64,000 bases of DNA from assembly GCA_000004985.1 (NCBI GenBank), contig GG738849.1; one strand, given 5' to 3'. Within the stretch, counting starts at the first letter, position 1; every line of letters begins with the position of its first letter. The position numbers and the translations under genes were made by a program. A model generated the notes under the pieces. The model had not been told where the DNA came from, ran no database searches, and worked only from the letters and a program-made list of their open reading frames with translations. The stretch comes from Naegleria gruberi. Taxonomy: Eukaryota. Below, piece after piece: positions 12,001 to 24,000 of this stretch.

Positions 12001-15000
12001 NNNNNNNNNNNNNNNNNNNNNNNNNNNNNNNNNNNNNNNNNNNNNNNNNNNNNNNNNNNNNNNNNNNNNNNNNNNNNNNNNNNNNNNNNNNNNNNNNNNN
12101 NNNNNNNNNNNNNNNNNNNNNNNNNNNNNNNNNNNNNNNNNNNNNNNNNNNNNNNNNNNNNNNNNNNNNNNNNNNNNNNNNNNNNNNNNNNNNNNNNNNN
12201 NNNNNNNNNNNNNNNNNNNNNNNNNNNNNNNNNNNNNNNNNNNNNNNNNNNNNNNNNNNNNNNNNNNNNNNNNNNNNNNNNNNNNNNNNNNNNNNNNNNN
12301 NNNNNNNNNNNNNNNNNNNNNNNNNNNNNNNNNNNNNNNNNNNNNNNNNNNNNNNNNNNNNNNNNNNNNNNNNNNNNNNNNNNNNNNNNNNNNNNNNNNN
12401 NNNNNNNNNNNNNNNNNNNNNNNNNNNNNNNNNNNNNNNNNNNNNNNNNNNNNNNNNNNNNNNNNNNNNNNNNNNNNNNNNNNNNNNNNNNNNNNNNNNN
12501 NNNNNNNNNNNNNNNNNNNNNNNNNNNNNNNNNNNNNNNNNNNNNNNNNNNNNNNNNNNNNNNNNNNNNNNNNNNNNNNNNNNNNNNNNNNNNNNNNNNN
12601 NNNNNNNNNNNNNNNNNNNNNNNNNNNNNNNNNNNNNNNNNNNNNNNNNNNNNNNNNNNNNNNNNNNNNNNNNNNNNNNNNNNNNNNNNNNNNNNNNNNN
12701 NNNNNNNNNNNNNNNNNNNNNNNNNNNNNNNNNNNNNNNNNNNNNNNNNNNNNNNNNNNNNNNNNNNNNNNNNNNNNNNNNNNNNNNNNNNNNNNNNNNN
12801 NNNNNNNNNNNNNNNNNNNNNNNNNNNNNNNNNNNNNNNNNNNNNNNNNNNNNNNNNNNNNNNNNNNNNNNNNNNNNNNNNNNNNNNNNNNNNNNNNNNN
12901 NNNNNNNNNNNNNNNNNNNNNNNNNNNNNNNNNNNNNNNNNNNNNNNNNNNNNNNNNNNNNNNNNNNNNNNNNNNNNNNNNNNNNNNNNNNNNNNNNNNN
13001 NNNNNNNNNNNNNNNNNNNNNNNNNNNNNNNNNNNNNNNNNNNNNNNNNNNNNNNNNNNNNNNNNNNNNNNNNNNNNNNNNNNNNNNNNNNNNNNNNNNN
13101 NNNNNNNNNNNNNNNNNNNNNNNNNNNNNNNNNNNNNNNNNNNNNNNNNNNNNNNNNNNNNNNNNNNNNNNNNNNNNNNNNNNNNNNNNNNNNNNNNNNN
13201 NNNNNNNNNNNNNNNNNNNNNNNNNNNNNNNNNNNNNNNNNNNNNNNNNNNNNNNNNNNNNNNNNNNNNNNNNNNNNNNNNNNNNNNNNNNNNNNNNNNN
13301 NNNNNNNNNNNNNNNNNNNNNNNNNNNNNNNNNNNNNNNNNNNNNNNNNNNNNNNNNNNNNNNNNNNNNNNNNNNNNNNNNNNNNNNNNNNNNNNNNNNN
13401 NNNNNNNNNNNNNNNNNNNNNNNNNNNNNNNNNNNNNNNNNNNNNNNNNNNNNNNNNNNNNNNNNNNNNNNNNNNNNNNNNNNNNNNNNNNNNNNNNNNN
13501 NNNNNNNNNNNNNNNNNNNNNNNNNNNNNNNNNNNNNNNNNNNNNNNNNNNNNNNNNNNNNNNNNNNNNNNNNNNNNNNNNNNNNNNNNNNNNNNNNNNN
13601 NNNNNNNNNNNNNNNNNNNNNNNNNNNNNNNNNNNNNNNNNNNNNNNNNNNNNNNNNNNNNNNNNNNNNNNNNNNNNNNNNNNNNNNNNNNNNNNNNNNN
13701 NNNNNNNNNNNNNNNNNNNNNNNNNNNNNNNNNNNNNNNNNNNNNNNNNNNNNNNNNNNNNNNNNNNNNNNNNNNNNNNNNNNNNNNNNNNNNNNNNNNN
13801 NNNNNNNNNNNNNNNNNNNNNNNNNNNNNNNNNNNNNNNNNNNNNNNNNNNNNNNNNNNNNNNNNNNNNNNNNNNNNNNNNNNNNNNNNNNNNNNNNNNN
13901 NNNNNNNNNNNNNNNNNNNNNNNNNNNNNNNNNNNNNNNNNNNNNNNNNNNNNNNNNNNNNNNNNNNNNNNNNNNNNNNNNNNNNNNNNNNNNNNNNNNN
14001 NNNNNNNNNNNNNNNNNNNNNNNNNNNNNNNNNNNNNNNNNNNNNNNNNNNNNNNNNNNNNNNNNNNNNNNNNNNNNNNNNNNNNNNNNNNNNNNNNNNN
14101 NNNNNNNNNNNNNNNNNNNNNNNNNNNNNNNNNNNNNNNNNNNNNNNNNNNNNNNNNNNNNNNNNNNNNNNNNNNNNNNNNNNNNNNNNNNNNNNNNNNN
14201 NNNNNNNNNNNNNNNNNNNNNNNNNNNNNNNNNNNNNNNNNNNNNNNNNNNNNNNNNNNNNNNNNNNNNNNNNNNNNNNNNNNNNNNNNNNNNNNNNNNN
14301 NNNNNNNNNNNNNNNNNNNNNNNNNNNNNNNNNNNNNNNNNNNNNNNNNNNNNNNNNNNNNNNNNNNNNNNNNNNNNNNNNNNNNNNNNNNNNNNNNNNN
14401 NNNNNNNNNNNNNNNNNNNNNNNNNNNNNNNNNNNNNNNNNNNNNNNNNNNNNNNNNNNNNNNNNNNNNNNNNNNNNNNNNNNNNNNNNNNNNNNNNNNN
14501 NNNNNNNNNNNNNNNNNNNNNNNNNNNNNNNNNNNNNNNNNNNNNNNNNNNNNNNNNNNNNNNNNNNNNNNNNNNNNNNNNNNNNNNNNNNNNNNNNNNN
14601 NNNNNNNNNNNNNNNNNNNNNNNNNNNNNNNNNNNNNNNNNNNNNNNNNNNNNNNNNNNNNNNNNNNNNNNNNNNNNNNNNNNNNNNNNNNNNNNNNNNN
14701 NNNNNNNNNNNNNNNNNNNNNNNNNNNNNNNNNNNNNNNNNNNNNNNNNNNNNNNNNNNNNNNNNNNNNNNNNNNNNNNNNNNNNNNNNNNNNNNNNNNN
14801 NNNNNNNNNNNNNNNNNNNNNNNNNNNNNNNNNNNNNNNNNNNNNNNNNNNNNNNNNNNNNNNNNNNNNNNNNNNNNNNNNNNNNNNNNNNNNNNNNNNN
14901 NNNNNNNNNNNNNNNNNNNNNNNNNNNNNNNNNNNNNNNNNNNNNNNNNNNNNNNNNNNNNNNNNNNNNNNNNNNNNNNNNNNNNNNNNNNNNNNNNNNN

Positions 15001-18000
15001 NNNNNNNNNNNNNNNNNNNNNNNNNNNNNNNNNNNNNNNNNNNNNNNNNNNNNNNNNNNNNNNNNNNNNNNNNNNNNNNNNNNNNNNNNNNNNNNNNNNN
15101 NNNNNNNNNNNNNNNNNNNNNNNNNNNNNNNNNNNNNNNNNNNNNNNNNNNNNNNNNNNNNNNNNNNNNNNNNNNNNNNNNNNNNNNNNNNNNNNNNNNN
15201 NNNNNNNNNNNNNNNNNNNNNNNNNNNNNNNNNNNNNNNNNNNNNNNNNNNNNNNNNNNNNNNNNNNNNNNNNNNNNNNNNNNNNNNNNNNNNNNNNNNN
15301 NNNNNNNNNNNNNNNNNNNNNNNNNNNNNNNNNNNNNNNNNNNNNNNNNNNNNNNNNNNNNNNNNNNNNNNNNNNNNNNNNNNNNNNNNNNNNNNNNNNN
15401 NNNNNNNNNNNNNNNNNNNNNNNNNNNNNNNNNNNNNNNNNNNNNNNNNNNNNNNNNNNNNNNNNNNNNNNNNNNNNNNNNNNNNNNNNNNNNNNNNNNN
15501 NNNNNNNNNNNNNNNNNNNNNNNNNNNNNNNNNNNNNNNNNNNNNNNNNNNNNNNNNNNNNNNNNNNNNNNNNNNNNNNNNNNNNNNNNNNNNNNNNNNN
15601 NNNNNNNNNNNNNNNNNNNNNNNNNNNNNNNNNNNNNNNNNNNNNNNNNNNNNNNNNNNNNNNNNNNNNNNNNNNNNNNNNNNNNNNNNNNNNNNNNNNN
15701 NNNNNNNNNNNNNNNNNNNNNNNNNNNNNNNNNNNNNNNNNNNNNNNNNNNNNNNNNNNNNNNNNNNNNNNNNNNNNNNNNNNNNNNNNNNNNNNNNNNN
15801 NNNNNNNNNNNNNNNNNNNNNNNNNNNNNNNNNNNNNNNNNNNNNNNNNNNNNNNNNNNNNNNNNNNNNNNNNNNNNNNNNNNNNNNNNNNNNNNNNNNN
15901 NNNNNNNNNNNNNNNNNNNNNNNNNNNNNNNNNNNNNNNNNNNNNNNNNNNNNNNNNNNNNNNNNNNNNNNNNNNNNNNNNNNNNNNNNNNNNNNNNNNN
16001 NNNNNNNNNNNNNNNNNNNNNNNNNNNNNNNNNNNNNNNNNNNNNNNNNNNNNNNNNNNNNNNNNNNNNNNNNNNNNNNNNNNNNNNNNNNNNNNNNNNN
16101 NNNNNNNNNNNNNNNNNNNNNNNNNNNNNNNNNNNNNNNNNNNNNNNNNNNNNNNNNNNNNNNNNNNNNNNNNNNNNNNNNNNNNNNNNNNNNNNNNNNN
16201 NNNNNNNNNNNNNNNNNNNNNNNNNNNNNNNNNNNNNNNNNNNNNNNNNNNNNNNNNNNNNNNNNNNNNNNNNNNNNNNNNNNNNNNNNNNNNNNNNNNN
16301 NNNNNNNNNNNNNNNNNNNNNNNNNNNNNNNNNNNNNNNNNNNNNNNNNNNNNNNNNNNNNNNNNNNNNNNNNNNNNNNNNNNNNNNNNNNNNNNNNNNN
16401 NNNNNNNNNNNNNNNNNNNNNNNNNNNNNNNNNNNNNNNNNNNNNNNNNNNNNNNNNNNNNNNNNNNNNNNNNNNNNNNNNNNNNNNNNNNNNNNNNNNN
16501 NNNNNNNNNNNNNNNNNNNNNNNNNNNNNNNNNNNNNNNNNNNNNNNNNNNNNNNNNNNNNNNNNNNNNNNNNNNNNNNNNNNNNNNNNNNNNNNNNNNN
16601 NNNNNNNNNNNNNNNNNNNNNNNNNNNNNNNNNNNNNNNNNNNNNNNNNNNNNNNNNNNNNNNNNNNNNNNNNNNNNNNNNNNNNNNNNNNNNNNNNNNN
16701 NNNNNNNNNNNNNNNNNNNNNNNNNNNNNNNNNNNNNNNNNNNNNNNNNNNNNNNNNNNNNNNNNNNNNNNNNNNNNNNNNNNNNNNNNNNNNNNNNNNN
16801 NNNNNNNNNNNNNNNNNNNNNNNNNNNNNNNNNNNNNNNNNNNNNNNNNNNNNNNNNNNNNNNNNNNNNNNNNNNNNNNNNNNNNNNNNNNNNNNNNNNN
16901 NNNNNNNNNNNNNNNNNNNNNNNNNNNNNNNNNNNNNNNNNNNNNNNNNNNNNNNNNNNNNNNNNNNNNNNNNNNNNNNNNNNNNNNNNNNNNNNNNNNN
17001 NNNNNNNNNNNNNNNNNNNNNNNNNNNNNNNNNNNNNNNNNNNNNNNNNNNNNNNNNNNNNNNNNNNNNNNNNNNNNNNNNNNNNNNNNNNNNNNNNNNN
17101 NNNNNNNNNNNNNNNNNNNNNNNNNNNNNNNNNNNNNNNNNNNNNNNNNNNNNNNNNNNNNNNNNNNNNNNNNNNNNNNNNNNNNNNNNNNNNNNNNNNN
17201 NNNNNNNNNNNNNNNNNNNNNNNNNNNNNNNNNNNNNNNNNNNNNNNNNNNNNNNNNNNNNNNNNNNNNNNNNNNNNNNNNNNNNNNNNNNNNNNNNNNN
17301 NNNNNNNNNNNNNNNNNNNNNNNNNNNNNNNNNNNNNNNNNNNNNNNNNNNNNNNNNNNNNNNNNNNNNNNNNNNNNNNNNNNNNNNNNNNNNNNNNNNN
17401 NNNNNNNNNNNNNNNNNNNNNNNNNNNNNNNNNNNNNNNNNNNNNNNNNNNNNNNNNNNNNNNNNNNNNNNNNNNNNNNNNNNNNNNNNNNNNNNNNNNN
17501 NNNNNNNNNNNNNNNNNNNNNNNNNNNNNNNNNNNNNNNNNNNNNNNNNNNNNNNNNNNNNNNNNNNNNNNNNNNNNNNNNNNNNNNNNNNNNNNNNNNN
17601 NNNNNNNNNNNNNNNNNNNNNNNNNNNNNNNNNNNNNNNNNNNNNNNNNNNNNNNNNNNNNNNNNNNNNNNNNNNNNNNNNNNNNNNNNNNNNNNNNNNN
17701 NNNNNNNNNNNNNNNNNNNNNNNNNNNNNNNNNNNNNNNNNNNNNNNNNNNNNNNNNNNNNNNNNNNNNNNNNNNNNNNNNNNNNNNNNNNNNNNNNNNN
17801 NNNNNNNNNNNNNNNNNNNNNNNNNNNNNNNNNNNNNNNNNNNNNNNNNNNNNNNNNNNNNNNNNNNNNNNNNNNNNNNNNNNNNNNNNNNNNNNNNNNN
17901 NNNNNNNNNNNNNNNNNNNNNNNNNNNNNNNNNNNNNNNNNNNNNNNNNNNNNNNNNNNNNNNNNNNNNNNNNNNNNNNNNNNNNNNNNNNNNNNNNNNN

Positions 18001-21000
18001 NNNNNNNNNNNNNNNNNNNNNNNNNNNNNNNNNNNNNNNNNNNNNNNNNNNNNNNNNNNNNNNNNNNNNNNNNNNNNNNNNNNNNNNNNNNNNNNNNNNN
18101 NNNNNNNNNNNNNNNNNNNNNNNNNNNNNNNNNNNNNNNNNNNNNNNNNNNNNNNNNNNNNNNNNNNNNNNNNNNNNNNNNNNNNNNNNNNNNNNNNNNN
18201 NNNNNNNNNNNNNNNNNNNNNNNNNNNNNNNNNNNNNNNNNNNNNNNNNNNNNNNNNNNNNNNNNNNNNNNNNNNNNNNNNNNNNNNNNNNNNNNNNNNN
18301 NNNNNNNNNNNNNNNNNNNNNNNNNNNNNNNNNNNNNNNNNNNNNNNNNNNNNNNNNNNNNNNNNNNNNNNNNNNNNNNNNNNNNNNNNNNNNNNNNNNN
18401 NNNNNNNNNNNNNNNNNNNNNNNNNNNNNNNNNNNNNNNNNNNNNNNNNNNNNNNNNNNNNNNNNNNNNNNNNNNNNNNNNNNNNNNNNNNNNNNNNNNN
18501 NNNNNNNNNNNNNNNNNNNNNNNNNNNNNNNNNNNNNNNNNNNNNNNNNNNNNNNNNNNNNNNNNNNNNNNNNNNNNNNNNNNNNNNNNNNNNNNNNNNN
18601 NNNNNNNNNNNNNNNNNNNNNNNNNNNNNNNNNNNNNNNNNNNNNNNNNNNNNNNNNNNNNNNNNNNNNNNNNNNNNNNNNNNNNNNNNNNNNNNNNNNN
18701 NNNNNNNNNNNNNNNNNNNNNNNNNNNNNNNNNNNNNNNNNNNNNNNNNNNNNNNNNNNNNNNNNNNNNNNNNNNNNNNNNNNNNNNNNNNNNNNNNNNN
18801 NNNNNNNNNNNNNNNNNNNNNNNNNNNNNNNNNNNNNNNNNNNNNNNNNNNNNNNNNNNNNNNNNNNNNNNNNNNNNNNNNNNNNNNNNNNNNNNNNNNN
18901 NNNNNNNNNNNNNNNNNNNNNNNNNNNNNNNNNNNNNNNNNNNNNNNNNNNNNNNNNNNNNNNNNNNNNNNNNNNNNNNNNNNNNNNNNNNNNNNNNNNN
19001 NNNNNNNNNNNNNNNNNNNNNNNNNNNNNNNNNNNNNNNNNNNNNNNNNNNNNNNNNNNNNNNNNNNNNNNNNNNNNNNNNNNNNNNNNNNNNNNNNNNN
19101 NNNNNNNNNNNNNNNNNNNNNNNNNNNNNNNNNNNNNNNNNNNNNNNNNNNNNNNNNNNNNNNNNNNNNNNNNNNNNNNNNNNNNNNNNNNNNNNNNNNN
19201 NNNNNNNNNNNNNNNNNNNNNNNNNNNNNNNNNNNNNNNNNNNNNNNNNNNNNNNNNNNNNNNNNNNNNNNNNNNNNNNNNNNNNNNNNNNNNNNNNNNN
19301 NNNNNNNNNNNNNNNNNNNNNNNNNNNNNNNNNNNNNNNNNNNNNNNNNNNNNNNNNNNNNNNNNNNNNNNNNNNNNNNNNNNNNNNNNNNNNNNNNNNN
19401 NNNNNNNNNNNNNNNNNNNNNNNNNNNNNNNNNNNNNNNNNNNNNNNNNNNNNNNNNNNNNNNNNNNNNNNNNNNNNNNNNNNNNNNNNNNNNNNNNNNN
19501 NNNNNNNNNNNNNNNNNNNNNNNNNNNNNNNNNNNNNNNNNNNNNNNNNNNNNNNNNNNNNNNNNNNNNNNNNNNNNNNNNNNNNNNNNNNNNNNNNNNN
19601 NNNNNNNNNNNNNNNNNNNNNNNNNNNNNNNNNNNNNNNNNNNNNNNNNNNNNNNNNNNNNNNNNNNNNNNNNNNNNNNNNNNNNNNNNNNNNNNNNNNN
19701 NNNNNNNNNNNNNNNNNNNNNNNNNNNNNNNNNNNNNNNNNNNNNNNNNNNNNNNNNNNNNNNNNNNNNNNNNNNNNNNNNNNNNNNNNNNNNNNNNNNN
19801 NNNNNNNNNNNNNNNNNNNNNNNNNNNNNNNNNNNNNNNNNNNNNNNNNNNNNNNNNNNNNNNNNNNNNNNNNNNNNNNNNNNNNNNNNNNNNNNNNNNN
19901 NNNNNNNNNNNNNNNNNNNNNNNNNNNNNNNNNNNNNNNNNNNNNNNNNNNNNNNNNNNNNNNNNNNNNNNNNNNNNNNNNNNNNNNNNNNNNNNNNNNN
20001 NNNNNNNNNNNNNNNNNNNNNNNNNNNNNNNNNNNNNNNNNNNNNNNNNNNNNNNNNNNNNNNNNNNNNNNNNNNNNNNNNNNNNNNNNNNNNNNNNNNN
20101 NNNNNNNNNNNNNNNNNNNNNNNNNNNNNNNNNNNNNNNNNNNNNNNNNNNNNNNNNNNNNNNNNNNNNNNNNNNNNNNNNNNNNNNNNNNNNNNNNNNN
20201 NNNNNNNNNNNNNNNNNNNNNNNNNNNNNNNNNNNNNNNNNNNNNNNNNNNNNNNNNNNNNNNNNNNNNNNNNNNNNNNNNNNNNNNNNNNNNNNNNNNN
20301 NNNNNNNNNNNNNNNNNNNNNNNNNNNNNNNNNNNNNNNNNNNNNNNNNNNNNNNNNNNNNNNNNNNNNNNNNNNNNNNNNNNNNNNNNNNNNNNNNNNN
20401 NNNNNNNNNNNNNNNNNNNNNNNNNNNNNNNNNNNNNNNNNNNNNNNNNNNNNNNNNNNNNNNNNNNNNNNNNNNNNNNNNNNNNNNNNNNNNNNNNNNN
20501 NNNNNNNNNNNNNNNNNNNNNNNNNNNNNNNNNNNNNNNNNNNNNNNNNNNNNNNNNNNNNNNNNNNNNNNNNNNNNNNNNNNNNNNNNNNNNNNNNNNN
20601 NNNNNNNNNNNNNNNNNNNNNNNNNNNNNNNNNNNNNNNNNNNNNNNNNNNNNNNNNNNNNNNNNNNNNNNNNNNNNNNNNNNNNNNNNNNNNNNNNNNN
20701 NNNNNNNNNNNNNNNNNNNNNNNNNNNNNNNNNNNNNNNNNNNNNNNNNNNNNNNNNNNNNNNNNNNNNNNNNNNNNNNNNNNNNNNNNNNNNNNNNNNN
20801 NNNNNNNNNNNNNNNNNNNNNNNNNNNNNNNNNNNNNNNNNNNNNNNNNNNNNNNNNNNNNNNNNNNNNNNNNNNNNNNNNNNNNNNNNNNNNNNNNNNN
20901 NNNNNNNNNNNNNNNNNNNNNNNNNNNNNNNNNNNNNNNNNNNNNNNNNNNNNNNNNNNNNNNNNNNNNNNNNNNNNNNNNNNNNNNNNNNNNNNNNNNN

Positions 21001-24000
21001 NNNNNNNNNNNNNNNNNNNNNNNNNNNNNNNNNNNNNNNNNNNNNNNNNNNNNNNNNNNNNNNNNNNNNNNNNNNNNNNNNNNNNNNNNNNNNNNNNNNN
21101 NNNNNNNNNNNNNNNNNNNNNNNNNNNNNNNNNNNNNNNNNNNNNNNNNNNNNNNNNNNNNNNNNNNNNNNNNNNNNNNNNNNNNNNNNNNNNNNNNNNN
21201 NNNNNNNNNNNNNNNNNNNNNNNNNNNNNNNNNNNNNNNNNNNNNNNNNNNNNNNNNNNNNNNNNNNNNNNNNNNNNNNNNNNNNNNNNNNNNNNNNNNN
21301 NNNNNNNNNNNNNNNNNNNNNNNNNNNNNNNNNNNNNNNNNNNNNNNNNNNNNNNNNNNNNNNNNNNNNNNNNNNNNNNNNNNNNNNNNNNNNNNNNNNN
21401 NNNNNNNNNNNNNNNNNNNNNNNNNNNNNNNNNNNNNNNNNNNNNNNNNNNNNNNNNNNNNNNNNNNNNNNNNNNNNNNNNNNNNNNNNNNNNNNNNNNN
21501 NNNNNNNNNNNNNNNNNNNNNNNNNNNNNNNNNNNNNNNNNNNNNNNNNNNNNNNNNNNNNNNNNNNNNNNNNNNNNNNNNNNNNNNNNNNNNNNNNNNN
21601 NNNNNNNNNNNNNNNNNNNNNNNNNNNNNNNNNNNNNNNNNNNNNNNNNNNNNNNNNNNNNNNNNNNNNNNNNNNNNNNNNNNNNNNNNNNNNNNNNNNN
21701 NNNNNNNNNNNNNNNNNNNNNNNNNNNNNNNNNNNNNNNNNNNNNNNNNNNNNNNNNNNNNNNNNNNNNNNNNNNNNNNNNNNNNNNNNNNNNNNNNNNN
21801 NNNNNNNNNNNNNNNNNNNNNNNNNNNNNNNNNNNNNNNNNNNNNNNNNNNNNNNNNNNNNNNNNNNNNNNNNNNNNNNNNNNNNNNNNNNNNNNNNNNN
21901 NNNNNNNNNNNNNNNNNNNNNNNNNNNNNNNNNNNNNNNNNNNNNNNNNNNNNNNNNNNNNNNNNNNNNNNNNNNNNNNNNNNNNNNNNNNNNNNNNNNN
22001 NNNNNNNNNNNNNNNNNNNNNNNNNNNNNNNNNNNNNNNNNNNNNNNNNNNNNNNNNNNNNNNNNNNNNNNNNNNNNNNNNNNNNNNNNNNNNNNNNNNN
22101 NNNNNNNNNNNNNNNNNNNNNNNNNNNNNNNNNNNNNNNNNNNNNNNNNNNNNNNNNNNNNNNNNNNNNNNNNNNNNNNNNNNNNNNNNNNNNNNNNNNN
22201 NNNNNNNNNNNNNNNNNNNNNNNNNNNNNNNNNNNNNNNNNNNNNNNNNNNNNNNNNNNNNNNNNNNNNNNNNNNNNNNNNNNNNNNNNNNNNNNNNNNN
22301 NNNNNNNNNNNNNNNNNNNNNNNNNNNNNNNNNNNNNNNNNNNNNNNNNNNNNNNNNNNNNNNNNNNNNNNNNNNNNNNNNNNNNNNNNNNNNNNNNNNN
22401 NNNNNNNNNNNNNNNNNNNNNNNNNNNNNNNNNNNNNNNNNNNNNNNNNNNNNNNNNNNNNNNNNNNNNNNNNNNNNNNNNNNNNNNNNNNNNNNNNNNN
22501 NNNNNNNNNNNNNNNNNNNNNNNNNNNNNNNNNNNNNNNNNNNNNNNNNNNNNNNNNNNNNNNNNNNNNNNNNNNNNNNNNNNNNNNNNNNNNNNNNNNN
22601 NNNNNNNNNNNNNNNNNNNNNNNNNNNNNNNNNNNNNNNNNNNNNNNNNNNNNNNNNNNNNNNNNNNNNNNNNNNNNNNNNNNNNNNNNNNNNNNNNNNN
22701 NNNNNNNNNNNNNNNNNNNNNNNNNNNNNNNNNNNNNNNNNNNNNNNNNNNNNNNNNNNNNNNNNNNNNNNNNNNNNNNNNNNNNNNNNNNNNNNNNNNN
22801 NNNNNNNNNNNNNNNNNNNNNNNNNNNNNNNNNNNNNNNNNNNNNNNNNNNNNNNNNNNNNNNNNNNNNNNNNNNNNNNNNNNNNNNNNNNNNNNNNNNN
22901 NNNNNNNNNNNNNNNNNNNNNNNNNNNNNNNNNNNNNNNNNNNNNNNNNNNNNNNNNNNNNNNNNNNNNNNNNNNNNNNNNNNNNNNNNNNNNNNNNNNN
23001 NNNNNNNNNNNNNNNNNNNNNNNNNNNNNNNNNNNNNNNNNNNNNNNNNNNNNNNNNNNNNNNNNNNNNNNNNNNNNNNNNNNNNNNNNNNNNNNNNNNN
23101 NNNNNNNNNNNNNNNNNNNNNNNNNNNNNNNNNNNNNNNNNNNNNNNNNNNNNNNNNNNNNNNNNNNNNNNNNNNNNNNNNNNNNNNNNNNNNNNNNNNN
23201 NNNNNNNNNNNNNNNNNNNNNNNNNNNNNNNNNNNNNNNNNNNNNNNNNNNNNNNNNNNNNNNNNNNNNNNNNNNNNNNNNNNNNNNNNNNNNNNNNNNN
23301 NNNNNNNNNNNNNNNNNNNNNNNNNNNNNNNNNNNNNNNNNNNNNNNNNNNNNNNNNNNNNNNNNNNNNNNNNNNNNNNNNNNNNNNNNNNNNNNNNNNN
23401 NNNNNNNNNNNNNNNNNNNNNNNNNNNNNNNNNNNNNNNNNNNNNNNNNNNNNNNNNNNNNNNNNNNNNNNNNNNNNNNNNNNNNNNNNNNNNNNNNNNN
23501 NNNNNNNNNNNNNNNNNNNNNNNNNNNNNNNNNNNNNNNNNNNNNNNNNNNNNNNNNNNNNNNNNNNNNNNNNNNNNNNNNNNNNNNNNNNNNNNNNNNN
23601 NNNNNNNNNNNNNNNNNNNNNNNNNNNNNNNNNNNNNNNNNNNNNNNNNNNNNNNNNNNNNNNNNNNNNNNNNNNNNNNNNNNNNNNNNNNNNNNNNNNN
23701 NNNNNNNNNNNNNNNNNNNNNNNNNNNNNNNNNNNNNNNNNNNNNNNNNNNNNNNNNNNNNNNNNNNNNNNNNNNNNNNNNNNNNNNNNNNNNNNNNNNN
23801 NNNNNNNNNNNNNNNNNNNNNNNNNNNNNNNNNNNNNNNNNNNNNNNNNNNNNNNNNNNNNNNNNNNNNNNNNNNNNNNNNNNNNNNNNNNNNNNNNNNN
23901 NNNNNNNNNNNNNNNNNNNNNNNNNNNNNNNNNNNNNNNNNNNNNNNNNNNNNNNNNNNNNNNNNNNNNNNNNNNNNNNNNNNNNNNNNNNNNNNNNNNN